64,000 nt of DNA. Origin: Ruditapes philippinarum (lineage: Eukaryota). The stretch is from contig NW_026858509.1 in the NCBI RefSeq assembly GCF_026571515.1, positions 372,001 to 436,000 on the forward strand. Direction: 5' to 3'. Positions 24,802 through 38,893 of the stretch are shown here, in pieces (position 1 is the stretch's first letter; each line of letters opens with the position of its first letter). The notes beneath the pieces were generated by a model, which saw nothing but the letters and a program-made list of their open reading frames with translations, was not told the DNA's origin and did no database searches. Position numbers and translations under genes: made by a program.

Positions 24802-25731
24802 ATTTTCATGCCAATATGTCTTCAGTATTTGTAAAGTTTAAGGTGCAATTTCAATATGTCATTAAGCACTGAAGGTATTTAGTTGGAACATCACACGTTT
24901 TTACAAAGACATTACACTCTTTTTAAGTAAGGATTTATACTGAATTATCCCCCTTAGTTAACTTAAAAAAATATTGATAAGATTTTTACCTGTATCTGTC
25001 AATAACATGATGTATTACACTTACAGTGATTCAGTATTTTGTACAGAATTCAATATACCACAGTCTGCAGGTATTCACTATCATTCAGGGTAATAATTAT
25101 GTCACTAACCAGGCAGATAATAATAGATTATTACTGAATTATTACTTTTTATAAACTTAAGGTTTTTGTTGTGGTTTTGTTTATTATCAAAACTGTGTCA
25201 GTCATCAAGTCCAGTGACTGCTTTTGTAATAATTACTGTATTGATTCCCGTCAAATTTAAGTTTCATGACACTATTTTGGGAAAAGTAATTTGAAAAAAA
25301 AGTGTGTTACAAATTATAATTGTCAGTTCTTGTAAATGTCAAATAACAAGCAAACATGTCATTTGTAATACATGTATTTGTAAATACATGTACTTGTTAT
25401 TTGTTAAATGTACACCTGAATACTAGTCCTAAAGTTCCAAGATATTTTTGTGTACAGTGTATGTTTATTATTAATTATTTGCAAAGTTTTTAGAAATTAT
25501 ATTTTCTCTTTTTTTCATTTAAAGTGTTAAAGATATTCAATTAAAATTTGTTCATGGTACTTTGTTTAAATTATTTGTTTTGAGATCCTTGTTTTCTAGT
25601 TTTAGCTCTCCTGAATACAAAATTGAGCTTTTATGATCACCTGGTGTGTCCATATTCAGTTTCTTTATTCTTGTATTAATTTTTGACAAAGACCACCTCT
25701 GAATAAGGATAACCCTGCAAGTAATGGCCAA

Positions 25732-26520
25732 TTTTTAGCTCACCTGACCATGAAGTGGTCAAGGTGAGGTATTAGTGATGGGGCTATGTCCGTCGTGCGT
25801 CGTTCGTCGTCAACAATTGGGTTGTTAAAAGTCTAGCAGTCACAGTTTTGACTGGATCATTTTCAAACTTTGTCAGAATGTTTGTCTCAATGAAATACAG
25901 ATCAAGTTTGAATATGGGTCATATCCGGTCAAAAACTAGGTCACAGGAGCTAAAAAAAGAAAAAGCTTGTTAACACTTTAGTGGCTGCAGTTTTGATCCA
26001 AATATTCTGGAAATTTGTTAGGAAGGTTGTTTTGATGATTCGAAGATGGGTCATCTCCGGTCAAAAACTAGGTCACAGGAGCTAAAAATAGAAAAAGCTT
26101 GTTTACACTCTAGTGGCTGCAGTTTTGATCCAAATATTCTGGAAATTTGTCAGGAAGGTTGTTTTGATGATTTCTAGGTCAAGTTTGAAGATGGGTCATC
26201 TCTGGTCAAAAACTAGGTCACAGAAGCTAAAAATATAAAAATCTTTATAACACTGAAGTGGCTGCAGTTTTGATCCAAATATCCTGGAAATTTGTCAGAA
26301 AGGTTGTTTTGATGATTTCTAGGTCAAGTTTGAATATTGGTTGTCTCCAGTCAAAAATTAAGTCACATTGCCCAAATATGGAAAACCTTTTTAACACACT
26401 GGAGGTCACATTTTTTACTCAATTGTCATCAAACTTGGCCAGGATGCTTGTCTAAGACATTGCTTGGATGTGGTTGATGGGTCAGGGGAGCGATCCAGGG
26501 CCATCATGGCCCTCTTGTTT
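25732..26520. mobile_element. HINE-like element with ~145-bp core (copy 1), apparently nested in a Tc1/mariner-like MITE remnant
   Basis: tttttagctcacctgacc...; gtcaaaaactaggtcac repeats; end gggccatcatggccctcttgttt; host remnant ends caggtttgactgta. Confidence 0.8.
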
Positions 26521-26978
26521 ATATAATCCTTCATTGATAAATTTGAATAAAGTAACCTTCAAGCAAAGACCACTTGTCTGTAAATTGATCTCCCTCTTTG
26601 GTGACCATTGACAACAGGTTTGACTGTATGTCATGTCAATAAAGTATGATACTGGAAAATGTTTTGTTTTTGTTTTTTTGACAGAAAATGCCAGGTTTTG
26701 AGTTTAGATATTTTGTATGTTGCCCTTGTAACAGTTTTATATATTGTATCCCTGGTGTCAAAAACCAAAAGCCAGAAATTTTAGTGAATTAAAGCATCTA
26801 AATTGCCAGCTAGCAGATTTTTGTTGATTTCATCTAACTGCTACTAATGTGGTAGAATTTTGGTGATGAAAATAGTCACTTTGTAACATACATTTAAGTT
26901 TTATCTGTATTATATCTATACCTTAATTTTTGACAAAGACCACCTCTGAATAAGGATAACCCTGCAAGTAAGGGCCAA

Positions 26979-27638
26979 TTTTTAGCTCACCTGACCACAA
27001 AGTGGTCAAGGTGAGGTAAAGTGATGGGGCTATGTCCGGCGTCCATCGTTGTTCGTCGTCAACAATTGGGTTGTTAACAGTCTAGCAGTCACAGTTTTGA
27101 CTAGATCATTGTCAAACTTTGTCAGAATGTTTGTCTCAATGAAATACAGATCGAGTTAGAAGATGGGTCATCTCCGGTCAAAAACTAGGTCACAGGAGCT
27201 AAAAATAGAAAAAGCTTGTTTAACACTCTAGTGGCTGCAGTTTTGATCCAAATATTCTGGAAATTTGTTAGGAAGGTTGTTTTGATGATTTCTAAGTCAA
27301 GATTGAAGATGGGTCATCTCCGGTCAAAAACTAGGTCACAGAAGCTAAAAATAGAAAAATCTTTATAACACTGTAGTGGCTGCAGTTTTCATACAAATAT
27401 CCTGGAAATTTGTCAGAAAGGTTGTTTTGATGATTTCTAGGTCAAGTTTGAATATGGGTCGTCTCCAGTCAAAAATTAAGTCACATTGCCCAAATATGGA
27501 AAACCTTTTTAACACACTAGAGGTCACATTTTTTACTCAATTGTATTCAAACTTGGCCAGGATGCTTGTCTAAGACATTGCTTGGATGTGGTTGATGGGT
27601 CAGGGGAGCGATCCAGGGCCATCATGGCCCTCTTGTTT
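26979..27638. mobile_element. HINE-like element with ~146-bp core (copy 2, within a tandem duplication)
   Basis: Same ends and flanks as 25732-26520, with one fewer core monomer. Confidence 0.8.
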
Positions 27639-28246
27639 ATATAATCCTTCATTGATAAATTTGAATAAAGTAACCTTCAAGCAAAGACCACTTGTCTGTA
27701 AATTGATCTCCCTCTTTGGTGACCATTGACAACAGGTTTGACTGTATGTCATGTCAATAAAGTATGATACTGGAAAATGTTTTGTTTTTTTTTTTGACAG
27801 AAAATGCCAGGTTTTGAGTTTAGATATTTTGTATGTTGCCCTTGTAACAGTTTTATATATTGTATCCCTGGTGTCAAAAACCAAAAGCCAGAAATTTGAG
27901 TGAATTAAAGCATCTAAATTGCCAGCTAGCAGATTTTTGTTGATTTCATCTAACTGCTACTAATGTGGTAGAATTTTGGTGATGAAAATAGTCACTTTGT
28001 AACATACATTTAAGTTTTATCTGTATTATATCTATACCTTTGTTTAACTATAAATATATTTTCATAAGTTTGATTTTTTGAAGATTTATTTTACTCCGAT
28101 TTATTTTACTCATTTAGCTGTGTGCTTCAATGCTGTAGCCATTCTAAAATCCTTATGTAGAATTTAGATGTAGATGTTATGGTTAAATAGTTATATATAA
28201 CACAACCTATGTTTTATTGATATAGTTTAAAATCACACATCATATC

Positions 28247-28824
28247 TTTTTAGCTCACCAGAGCACTTAGTGCTCGCAGGTGTATTTTGTGATTACAAGT
28301 GTGTCTGTCATTCTTCACTGTTCACAATTTCCTTTAACAACATCTCCTTCTTAACCACTCTGGCTTTTGATCAACCTTTACAGGAATGATTGTTAGGTGG
28401 TCTTTTATAATAAGTGGTTCCAATCGGATCACAGAACTACAAATACATCTTAGAAAATCTTCTTTTCAGAAACTAGAATGTTCAGTGCTTGAATATTTGA
28501 AATGTAGCATCACCTTGCTGTCCTCTACAAAAATTATATAAATCTTGCTTTTGGGGTCAAAATTTGCCCACCCTTAGGGGTCACTTGGTTTAGACATACA
28601 TAGTACAACAATAAATTATGTAAGTTTTTTTGTGTGACATTACAATGCCAAGAGCTGAGATATTTGTCATGAAGTATTAAGTAGCTAATATGTACAAATA
28701 TTTTTTAATTTATGCAGCTAGAAGAAAAAAAAAGACAATTTAAATGTGACCTCATTACTGGCTTTAAGCTTCTCTAGCAATGTATCTTTGGTGAGCGATC
28801 CAGGGTCATCATGGGTCTCTTGTT
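28247..28824. mobile_element. Old decayed HINE-like element
   Basis: tttttagctcacc...; end ggtgagcgatccagggtcatcatgggtctcttgtt; interior resembles the 166-bp family. Confidence 0.6.
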
Positions 28825-28825
28825 A

Positions 28826-29500
28826 TTATCCCCCGCCGAAAGGCGGTGGGGGATATAGAAATAGTCTCCGTACGTCCGACATTTTTGTCCAGAGCATATC
28901 TCAAAAAGTATTTGAGATATCAACTTGAAACTTCATAGGTGGATGGATCTCATTGAGGAGGAGTGCAGTGCACAAGAATGATAACTCTTCCCTGCATATG
29001 TTTTGAGTTATTGCCCTTTGTTATTTTTCAAAATTAATTTTTGTCCAGAGCATAACTCAAAAGGCCTTTGAGATATCAACATGAAACTTCATAGGTGCAT
29101 ATATCTCACTCAGGAAGTGTGCAGTGCACAAGAATGATAACTCTTCCCTGCATAATTTTTGAGTTTTTGCCCTTTGTTCTTTTTCATACTATTTAGTCCG
29201 GAGCTTATCTCAAAAAGTGTTTGAGATATCAACTTGAAACTTCAATATGGATAGATTTTACTGAGGAGGGGTGCAGCACACAAGAATGATAACCTACCCT
29301 GCATTATTTTTCAGTTATTGCCTTTTGTTATTTTCAGCCATCAGTATTCACATAGGTTTCAAATCTGTAATCACTTCAGCCATTAGTTTTCATTACCAAA
29401 AGACCTCTTAAAATTGAATTATTCTGCTCTACTACATATACATTCTTCTAATGAGCAAACACATTCGGCGGGGGATGGCCATGTTGACATGGCTCTTGTT
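28826..29500. mobile_element. HINE-like element, ~160-bp core, same family as 1-846 (inverted)
   Basis: Hairpin atccccccgccgaaaggcggtgggggat; monomers reverse-complementary to 1-760; end cggcgggggatggccatgttgacatggctcttgtt. Confidence 0.8.
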
Positions 29501-30484
29501 GATATAGTTTTTTGCACCATTTTATTTTCACTTTGTTTTGATTGTTGCTGCCAATTAGTAAGGGTCTAGTCAGACTTACGCATGTGTAAGCTAGCTTGAC
29601 CGATACTGGTGGTATCATTGTGTAACTAATACTCAATTCAAGGTTTTAACCCATGTGAAATAGGTACACATCAAGTTTAGAAAAAAATAATAGCCATCTT
29701 TCTCTTTAGGTTTTACTGTCTTAACATTCATGTCTATTCATTCATATTATTTCGTTTTTTTGAGTTCTACTTGTGACACCCATTTTCAGGTTCAAAGGTC
29801 ATGGTCATTAGGACTTGTGATATAAAAACATGAAACTGGCCATTAAAACAAAGTGTCTTTAAATTTGTATGTGAGATCCCCCCACTTCTATTATCAGGTC
29901 AAAGGTTGAAAGGTCAAGGTCACTGGGACATGCAATAACAAAACATAAAACCGGTCATTAAGGCAAAATAAATTGACCTTTGTATAAAGATACACCTGTA
30001 TGACTTCTACCACCATACTTACTAACTCAAAAGGTCAAAGGTAAAGTTCACAATGACTTGTTACAGTTGATTGAAATATTGTTAATGGGTCATAACTTCA
30101 ATTATGACTTTGAAACTTTATATGAATATATATCCTGACCAGTTCTGCCTGTCAAGCCCATTTACGCGTCCAGAAAAAGGTGCAGTTAAGAAATATGGAG
30201 TGTGCTGCTCCTGAGACAGCTCTTGTTTATTTTATTATTATTTTACTTTGTTAAATATTTGTCTAACAATTTTGCTTTTATACTTGCATTGTTGATGTTT
30301 AACAAACCAATATTTTTGGTAGTTCAATAAATGTTGGTACATTTTTTACTGTTCTTTATTTAACCTTTAATCTACCGACTTTATATAAATTGGTTCTATA
30401 AATTGGTTCGTCCGGTGCTGTTTTATTTAGAATAGTCCATACCTAGTTTATAAAGGAATGTCAATGACACAATAGAAAGAAGCC

Positions 30485-30745
30485 ATCCAGTAAGCTCAAT
30501 AGCTAGGTAGAGCGTGATTCCGAATGGTGCAGGTGACTTTCTTTGTGATTGATCATCAAATCCTTTCTACGGTCATTTGCACTGTACCTTTGCTCTAGCA
30601 TGTACTGAAGTTATCAGTTCCTTGCGAAAGTGAAGGCAAATGGTACTGGTAAACTGCTTGACAGCCTGCCCAGGAACCATGCTGAACTGTGATCTTGTAA
30701 GTTAAATGTGACTTACCTGCCGTGATCTGGTAAACCACAAACATC
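30485..30745 (+). mobile_element. tRNA-derived SINE (family 2)
   Basis: taggtagagcg head; body gatcatcaaatcctttct..agttccttgcgaaa..actgcttgacagcctgccc shared with the 45446-45140 minus-strand copy. Confidence 0.65.
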
Positions 30746-33700
30746 ACAATACGAAGGTTTTGAATATTGACATACTTACGGCAATCAAACGAATTCAGTT
30801 TGTTCTATTTTGTTAAAAATTTAAAAAGGGAATGTATACATATATAATTATGGAAATGAGGCTCAGGAAATGTCATCGGAATCCATCGATGGGTTGTAGA
30901 ATATTGACCCTTGGTTACTGAGTAATACTTAATACCGCACCAAATTCTCTCGCGACCCTTTGCCCTCAAACGGTTTAATAACATAATTAAGATGATATGC
31001 TATCATGCATCAGCATAAAACCTTGTTGCCAAAAACTTAACTGCCATCACAATTACAGACAATTAAATTGAATTTATCTATAATAGAAGGTCTGTAAAAC
31101 AATAAATATTTAATATAAATACCTTAAATGGGCTTGCCCATCTTTCAATCTGGACAAAACTATTTGTCATCATTAGGGGAAAAGTTCAAATAATATGTAC
31201 TGACTAAATAGTGAACAGTGCAGGTGTACCATGAGCAGACTGCATGGATGTGCCGGATTGACTTCGTCTCGTGACAGATGGGTCTAGTATATATATGTTG
31301 CCAACCGCAGGCTAAGGGTTAATATACTGAGAGAACATAACTTCTTTTTTTTTTGCTTGCCTGATCGAAACTAGTTTACAAAATTAGTTTTTCCCCAATA
31401 TGAAAGTTGCAATGTGTCACGTAATATGATTTTGATATACATATGTATCTTTATTTATTCTTTTTTCATCATGTAAATAAATCACTATTACTATTTGATT
31501 AGTCGTTCGTTTAAGTTGGTAGTTTGTCTTTCCTGACACAGTGAAGCAAGCGATGTGAATAGTCAAAAAATTGTTGCAAACCGGAAAAACTGAATGTTCC
31601 GTAGGTCAGTATGATATGAAATCAACGGAAAACTCCTGGAATTACGGCTATAATCACACACAACAAAGTAAAAAACAATATTTGGGACAATTCGTAATCA
31701 ATGTAATACATGTAATATTTTTTAATCAATCTTAAGTTTCCAGGTATGGCTCATTAACAAATTACCACATAATTTGATATCGATTTGTAACAATGCAATA
31801 CACTAGAAGTCACGATTTCAAAGTCAAATTTAGTGATTGAAAACCAAACATAGTGAACCACAACTACATTCAGTTGACTTCGATTAAAACTACTCTATCA
31901 AGAGGTCCTAACGACCACAACCCAACTCAGTCATTTTCGCCTCCCCTTACGATCACATTTTTTACGTAATAATGGACGTAAAAGTAACGTTAACGTGCTC
32001 AATCAAATAAAAAAAATACCACAATAACATGATCAATTTTGACAAAAATAACAAAAACAAAAACAACTTTATTACGTACTATGAGTTTAATTCGGTTTAC
32101 TTCAGTTATTACGGTGTAGATAATTCGTTGTCTTATATCGATACAATGTCATTTTCTACACACTATATATAATTCATATAAAAAGTCCAGTCTTAAAAAG
32201 AAGAAAAATGAACGAGTAAACTCAACAATTTTAGTATAGAACTTTAAATGTATCTTAGAGAATCCATAATGAATCTCCGTGAGTTTAAACAATCCATGTA
32301 AATGAATAATTTACACGATGTACACGGTACGTTAACATTCAGCATTCAATAATTCATAATTACACAAAATATAATTGTATCCTTCAACATTTTATGATAT
32401 CAATTACATGTATAACATTAGTTTCAAGAATGCTATGACCTCCGATATATAGTAACTCAAAACTGCAAATTAATAAGGTTTTGGGTGTATTAGGGTTGGT
32501 CCTCCTAGCCAATACGTTCAAAGAACTGAGGCCTCCATATATAGGTTGAGGTTAGCTAATGTATGATCTAAACAATCCTTAAAAAGCTCAAACCGCAACA
32601 CTGGATTGATCTTATATGTATGTGGGAATTGATTGGTATAGATCGCCAATACGTCACTGAATATATGGACTTTTAAAATTAAAAGCCATTCCAGATAAAT
32701 TAATGAAATAATTGTTTATGGTCCTCTTTTTTGTTTTTTACTTCAACGCGGTCCCTCTTTTTTTATTTAGAAATAAAGATGAAAGAGATTATTAAAAAAT
32801 CTTATTTCAAAATATGAAAAATAATTAACGATATAATAAAAAGTGCACGTTATTCACGGGTTTTTTTTCGGGGTATTCCTCACAATATAACCATAGAAAC
32901 AAATGATATATTTCTTTTATTTATTGACAGTGCCTTTTTACTCTTTTATGTAGATTATACGTTTTTTTGTATATTAAATCTTTTATGTTGTAATTTGTAT
33001 TCAGCGGGACTACTCGTAAACAGCATTTTTCCTCAGGTATTTTAAATCTTTTTGAACGTTTGCTTTTAACAGTGTTTGCATAAATTAACATATTTTTTAT
33101 TTCATTAAGAACTGCAGAAGAAAGTTAATGATGTTTAATTAAGAAAATGTAAAAATGTTATATACGATGTTAAATTTCTAAAAAATCTATTTTTTTTTCT
33201 AAAAAGAACTTATAAATATCAATCATTTTTTATTACTTTTGGCGGCAATCACGCCATTATTATACATATTGTTTTCAAGATTAATGTAGTGGTTGAAAAT
33301 TATGATATAAATAATTTACATTCTGATATTTTGTCTGAAAATTTGAATTATTTTGCGTTCCTATATAATATCTGAAAATATATAATTTAGTTATTTTACA
33401 TTTGAATAAGTCTGAAGATATAAAAAAAAAAGTTGGCATTCTAATTAAATGTCTGAAAATATTAATTACCAAGCATTCGATTGTAATGTGTTAGACATGA
33501 TTCATTTAAGCATTTGAATATAACAAATGAAACTATAATTTATTAGCATTCGAATGTTAGCCATAATGGGTACTATGTAAAGTTAGTGTAGCCAATCAGA
33601 ATCAACTCGTGAAAAGCAATATTTTTTTAAATACTTTTAAAATCATTTTTGCACGCGTATGTTTTAATCTTAACAAATATTGTCACTTTCTTTGTAAATA

Positions 33701-33789
33701 TCAAAATATAATAAGATTGAATGCTGAGGACAGTATGCGTCAATCAAAACTGTTTTAATGAATTCCAGCGGACTAAGTCTACTACAATC

Positions 33790-33958
33790 ATGAATAACAA
33801 GCGTCTTGCCACCATTTTCACACTCCTGATCATACAGAGTCTTTTTGAACCAAGTGTCAGTCAGGGATACGGAAGGGGAAGGGGAAGAGGGCGTGGTCAC
33901 CACCATCATCATCATGACGACTACAGGGGCGGTGGCGGAGGTGTATTAGGAGGACTAG
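33790..33958 (+). CDS. Secreted Gly/Tyr-rich protein 1, coding exon 1 (signal peptide, RG repeats, His6)
   Basis: MNNKRLATIFTLLIIQSLFEPSVS|QGYGRGRGRGRGHHHHHHDDY; acceptor ttccag 21 nt before the ATG; donor CTAG|gtttgt. Confidence 0.85.
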
Positions 33959-34171
33959 GTTTGTTTAAATCTTTGTATTATTATAAAATTGCACTGATGC
34001 TAAAATGAGTTCAAGAATATCCATTTAAAAATAAAGAATGTTGTAGACTTAATAAATAAATGATAAACCTTTTTTACTTGAAGTAATCATTAACAACACA
34101 CATCAAAAGTGCTATACTTATAATTCAATACCAAACAAAAACTACGTATTGTTTATATAAAATACTTCCAG

Positions 34172-34515
34172 GAACTGTGCTAGGAATCGCTGGAGCAGGA
34201 TTACTTGCTGGTGCTGTTGCAAGGGGAGCTACTCGTGGATTTGGTGAGGGAGGTTATGCGCAACCGTACGTACAACCAGTGCTTCCGGTTGGTTATGGAG
34301 GAGGCGCATATGGAGGAGGCGCATATGGAGGAGGAGGCGCATATGGAGGAGGCGCATATGCGGATCCCTATCTTCCAGACCAATATGGATCTCAGTATGT
34401 TGGCGGATACTCGTCTCCTTTTGTAGGCGGTGCGGCATACGGTGGGGGATATCTTTCGCCACGTGGCAGTCGAGTGACTACTCTTTCGGACAGGCTTTAC
34501 TCCAATATATATTGA
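34172..34515 (+). CDS. Secreted Gly/Tyr-rich protein 1, coding exon 2 (170 aa total)
   Basis: acttccag|GA phase-1 join; GAGLLAGA, GGGAY repeats, ends YSNIY*; ATTAAA at ~34552. Confidence 0.85.
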
Positions 34516-35180
34516 ATGAATTTGAAATTTGTATGAGTACAATCATATTTAATTAAAGACAAATTCAAGATTGTTTTTCTCTTATTATCTATATACTCGT
34601 AAATACGTAATCAAAAAAATGTGCAATTACAAAACAAATATTTTTTGAACAATTTTGTGCGACGCTGAAAGGGTTAATTAGTTGTTACCATGTTTTTATA
34701 ACGAATCTTAACCAAATTTGTTAGATTTAAATCTATGCATTTGTTATATTGTTTGCTTGCAATTGATCATAAACGGGAGAGGTCAGTAGAGATTTTCAAT
34801 AAATATGGCCAACCGAAAGGTTTTGCTATTTTTGTTTATTTTCAAGCATTGCAATGTCATGTGATAAAGAAGTCTGACACTCGTCGTCATTTAATTCATA
34901 GAGACATGTATAGGCCTTTTTAACTCCGCCCAGAGACCACGTGATCATATATACCCGTGTACCATATAGCACAGTATACAACATATGTATAATATAATAG
35001 CTTATTGTTTACTTTTTATTACTTTCTCCATATATTGTGTTTTCGGTAAAACGTTGTAATCTGACACTACCCCTATCCCACACCGTCTCCAAGTGCCTGC
35101 TACTCGTACAACCTCAAAAGTTATAAATAAAAGTAATATTTCCAAATTTAAAATTCATAACAATTATAATATGGCGATAT

Positions 35181-35256
35181 TATGTAGTCTGATTTTATTG
35201 ACCTGTTAATTATTGCACTCATATGAATTGACAGGTTAATAAAATCCAACAATACT
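35181..35256. mobile_element. Minimal TIR-only derivative of the 6805-7520 element
   Basis: gattttattgacctgttaat-tattgcactcatatga-attgacaggttaataaaatc. Confidence 0.65.
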
Positions 35257-36469
35257 ATCTTCTATATACTTCTATAGTGTTATTTCTACCAAAACTTTAA
35301 GTATATGCATACATTGAAAATTGTCTAATAGATGTAGAAAACTATGAATGAGACTTTTAAAAATAAACCAAGGTAAAATTACATGTAGTTTCAAAAATAC
35401 CGAACATACAAAGAATATAATATTATGAACTTTTCTATACGTACTTTTCTTGTTCAGACGTTAGAAATACAAATTATACTTAATACAACGATTGCTACGT
35501 TTTCAATCTGATCAATATTTTCAGATTTAAGATAATAATACAATAAGTGCAATATATGTTTATAAGATGGATAATTCCAATTATATTCACTGATCCACGT
35601 CTGTCGTGTTATGTTTGTTGTGAAAATAAGTACAAAATGGAACTCCTTTTCTAGTTCACAAAATGAACATTATCTATGTCCAAAATCAATTATATCGTTC
35701 AACCTCAATCCATAAAATTGTGATGAAGATCGGAATTTGCTAAGACACTTCTAAATCTTTGATTTGCGGACTATAATTTTTTTCTGTGCAAACAATCATT
35801 TTTAAAATGGATATAATCAATCAGTTTCCCCAAATTGACAAAAAAAAAAACAAAAAAACAACAACAACAAACATGTTCAGTGATGTTATATCTTTTCGTC
35901 CTTCGCCGTCATTGAGTGTCGAAGATTGAAAACCGATTAGGCCTGTGCTAGTGGGCGTGAGAGAGTTGTACATTACTTAATCTCTTGTTGACAGACTCAA
36001 TCAAACCGAGTGTGCAATTTCCATACAATATTGTTGTTTGCATTACTTCCGAGTTATCAACCACTTTTCCAGATTATTCACAACCAGGTGTTACGTGCCA
36101 TGTGGCAGCTGTCAAAAGTTGCCTCGTACTTAAAATCTGTGTTGTTATATTTTTCTGGTCCTTCGGGATCAGTTTTTCTCCAGTATTGAAAATTGAAAAC
36201 CGCTGAAGCCGGCGCCAGAGGGCTCAAGAGATGTTACGCATCAAACCGAGATAACATTGATGTTTTCATTGCTTCCCTTTTCTTATGAACCAAGTCATCA
36301 ACATGTTTTAACAGATCTTAAGATATCTAGAAGGGTGCAGTGAATATTAATACGTTTCAAAATTTTGAAGTATGTTTATAAACCATTTGAGAATTCCATT
36401 TTATTTAGTTTCACCCATTGTTAAGTCGTTTTGGGCACACCCATATTTTTCACTTGGAGACCGACATAC

Positions 36470-36735
36470 GCCACTTTTCATAGAATGGCACTTACGTGTC
36501 ATTTAAAGGTTCCATGATCAACGCTGTATGAACACACCTGTGGGAGTTGAAAATCAAAAAAAAAAAAAATCATTTCATGAATTTCATTTTTTTGAACTCT
36601 GCTAAAGCCGGTGCTGGGGGCATGGACGGTAGCTTGCATTTATCAGTACCGTCAATGAATAGGCTCAATCAAACTAAGTCTGCAACATTTTCTATTTTGG
36701 GCGTTCTTTAGGGATTCTTATTTTCTCTATTTATA
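36470..36735 (+). repeat. Dispersed repeat family (inverted copy ~38175-38420; partial copies 38772-38895 and ~47600-47670)
   Basis: Shared ctgctXaagccggtgcXXgggggcXtggacggta...caaac...tttagggattct motifs. Confidence 0.65.
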
Positions 36736-38893
36736 AGATATAATCCAAAACTATTCATACAGCTGATACTATGCCGATATACTTTTTTTATATATTTTCT
36801 TATGGTCCTCATCGAGGATTTTTGACATGATGAAACTGGAAAATTCTTTTCGAGATTAAGTTAACATTTGGTGTAGGTCTAGATCTATAACGCTAACTTG
36901 CTTTTTTTTCAGAATATTATTTTGATTTTGAAAAATGATCAAAAAAAGTGTTTAAACATTCTTAAAAGTACATTATGCCCAAGAAACAGATAAATTTGTC
37001 ACTCTTTAGAAAAGGCAAACATGAGTTTTAAAAATACTAAATAATAGCTTAAGAGCATGTTAGATGTGCATTATTGAAACAAAGTACATTAATTTGTCAA
37101 AAAGTAGCAAAATGTGAACAAATTAGTATTTTGACTTCTATACAAAATACTAAATCACTATATAACTGGACTAATGATAAAAATAGCGACAGAAGCAAAG
37201 GCCATTGAGTAATTTTATGGAAACTATAACATGACACCAGAATAAAATCCTTTTGAGAAATATGAGTAAAAAGAACATTTCTAGGGCGCAATGGACCGTT
37301 AACTTAAATCAGACTTAAAATACAACTTTCAAATTTTCAATTTAATGCTGAGTACATTTCTTTATTGTATTTTTAATATCTTTGCGTTTTGGGTGCCCCC
37401 CGATTAGCCATGTAAAGAATGAATTTTAATGTTTTTAGGCTTTTGGACCTCAGTGCAGTCCCTTATATCGTCTTATCTACAGACATAATCGATCAGTAAA
37501 ATAGAAACCAACATACGAAAAACATTTACTTTATCAACATTTATGTTTATCTAACATTATAAACCCCATGATTTTAGCAGTTATCCAACTTCCTCGTTGA
37601 AAAAAAAACAATTACAATACAAAATTCATAAATCAAAATCAGCCGAAGACCCACTACAGTGCTACATGGCCTGCTACAAAAATGAGCATATTATTTCAGT
37701 ATTATCGGAGAACAATAGTTCTCCTTTAATAACATTATCAACTTATTTATAATTGAGGTGTTCAGTTATCAATGCCAGTGTAAGAGTAACAAAATATGTT
37801 GAACTTAATGTCATCACAAGCGTGATGGTCAGGATATGTTAAACTCGTTCCCCATGCGGCCTTTGAAATGCTTTGCCATCTCCCTTACACTTGATTGTCT
37901 TTTACTGCGGGTTCACGGAAAAGGGCGATAAGATGGAGGTCATTCTATGTTATTTGTTTGTTATAAAAAGAAAAGAGAAATCAACGCTGTTGCCACTTAA
38001 TAGCTTATGTTAAGCTTAGATCTGTATAGAGGTTTTTCACATTACATGTCCCACTCCTTTCACCCTTATGTCCGCTTCTGGTTTTTTTGAGTGTGTCGGG
38101 GGCCGCGTCATGTGAACGTTGCCTTTGCCTTGTTGATCTTTATTCTTGTTTTTTTTTGCTACATTTGCTGAAATGAAAATCAAACGCAGAATCCCTAAGG
38201 AACGCCTAAAACGTCAAAATTGAAAATGTTACAGGTTAGATTGAGCCTGTACGTGGATGGTACTGGAACTTGCAAGTTACCGTTCATGCCCCTAGTACCT
38301 ACTTAAGCAGAACTCAACAACGGTACAATTTTGAATTCAGAAACATCCGCAGATGTGTTCATACGGCGGATATCACGGAACCTTCAATGTGAAACGTTTG
38401 TGCAATTCCATAAAAATAAGCTTTTTTTGTACATGTACCGAGTCTGCAATTTTCATGTAATTTTGTTGTGATTGATGTTTCCAGATATTTGAATGTTTTG
38501 AGATGCGCCATGTCATTCAATTATATATTGAAATAAATCTTGCTATATATAATGCAGAGAACTATTTTAAATCCTCTAAATTATCACGATCAGCAGGATT
38601 TTCTTGGTATTGACATTTTTAAAGGTGTTGAATTTTAATATTCATTGTAATAACGACTGCAGTGTTTCTTGCAAAAGAATAATGAAATTCTCGCTTTGGA
38701 GATGTCTTTAGAGCAATGAAAATAAAAACATACAGTGGAAAATAGCAGACTCGGTTTTGTGTTTATATGTTGAATTCTGCTTAAGCCGGTGCCAGGGGGC
38801 GTGGACGGTAACTCGCACTTTCCAGTAACGTCCATGAACAGGCTCGGTCAAACCGAGCCTACAACATTGTCATCGTTTAGGGATTCTGTTTTT

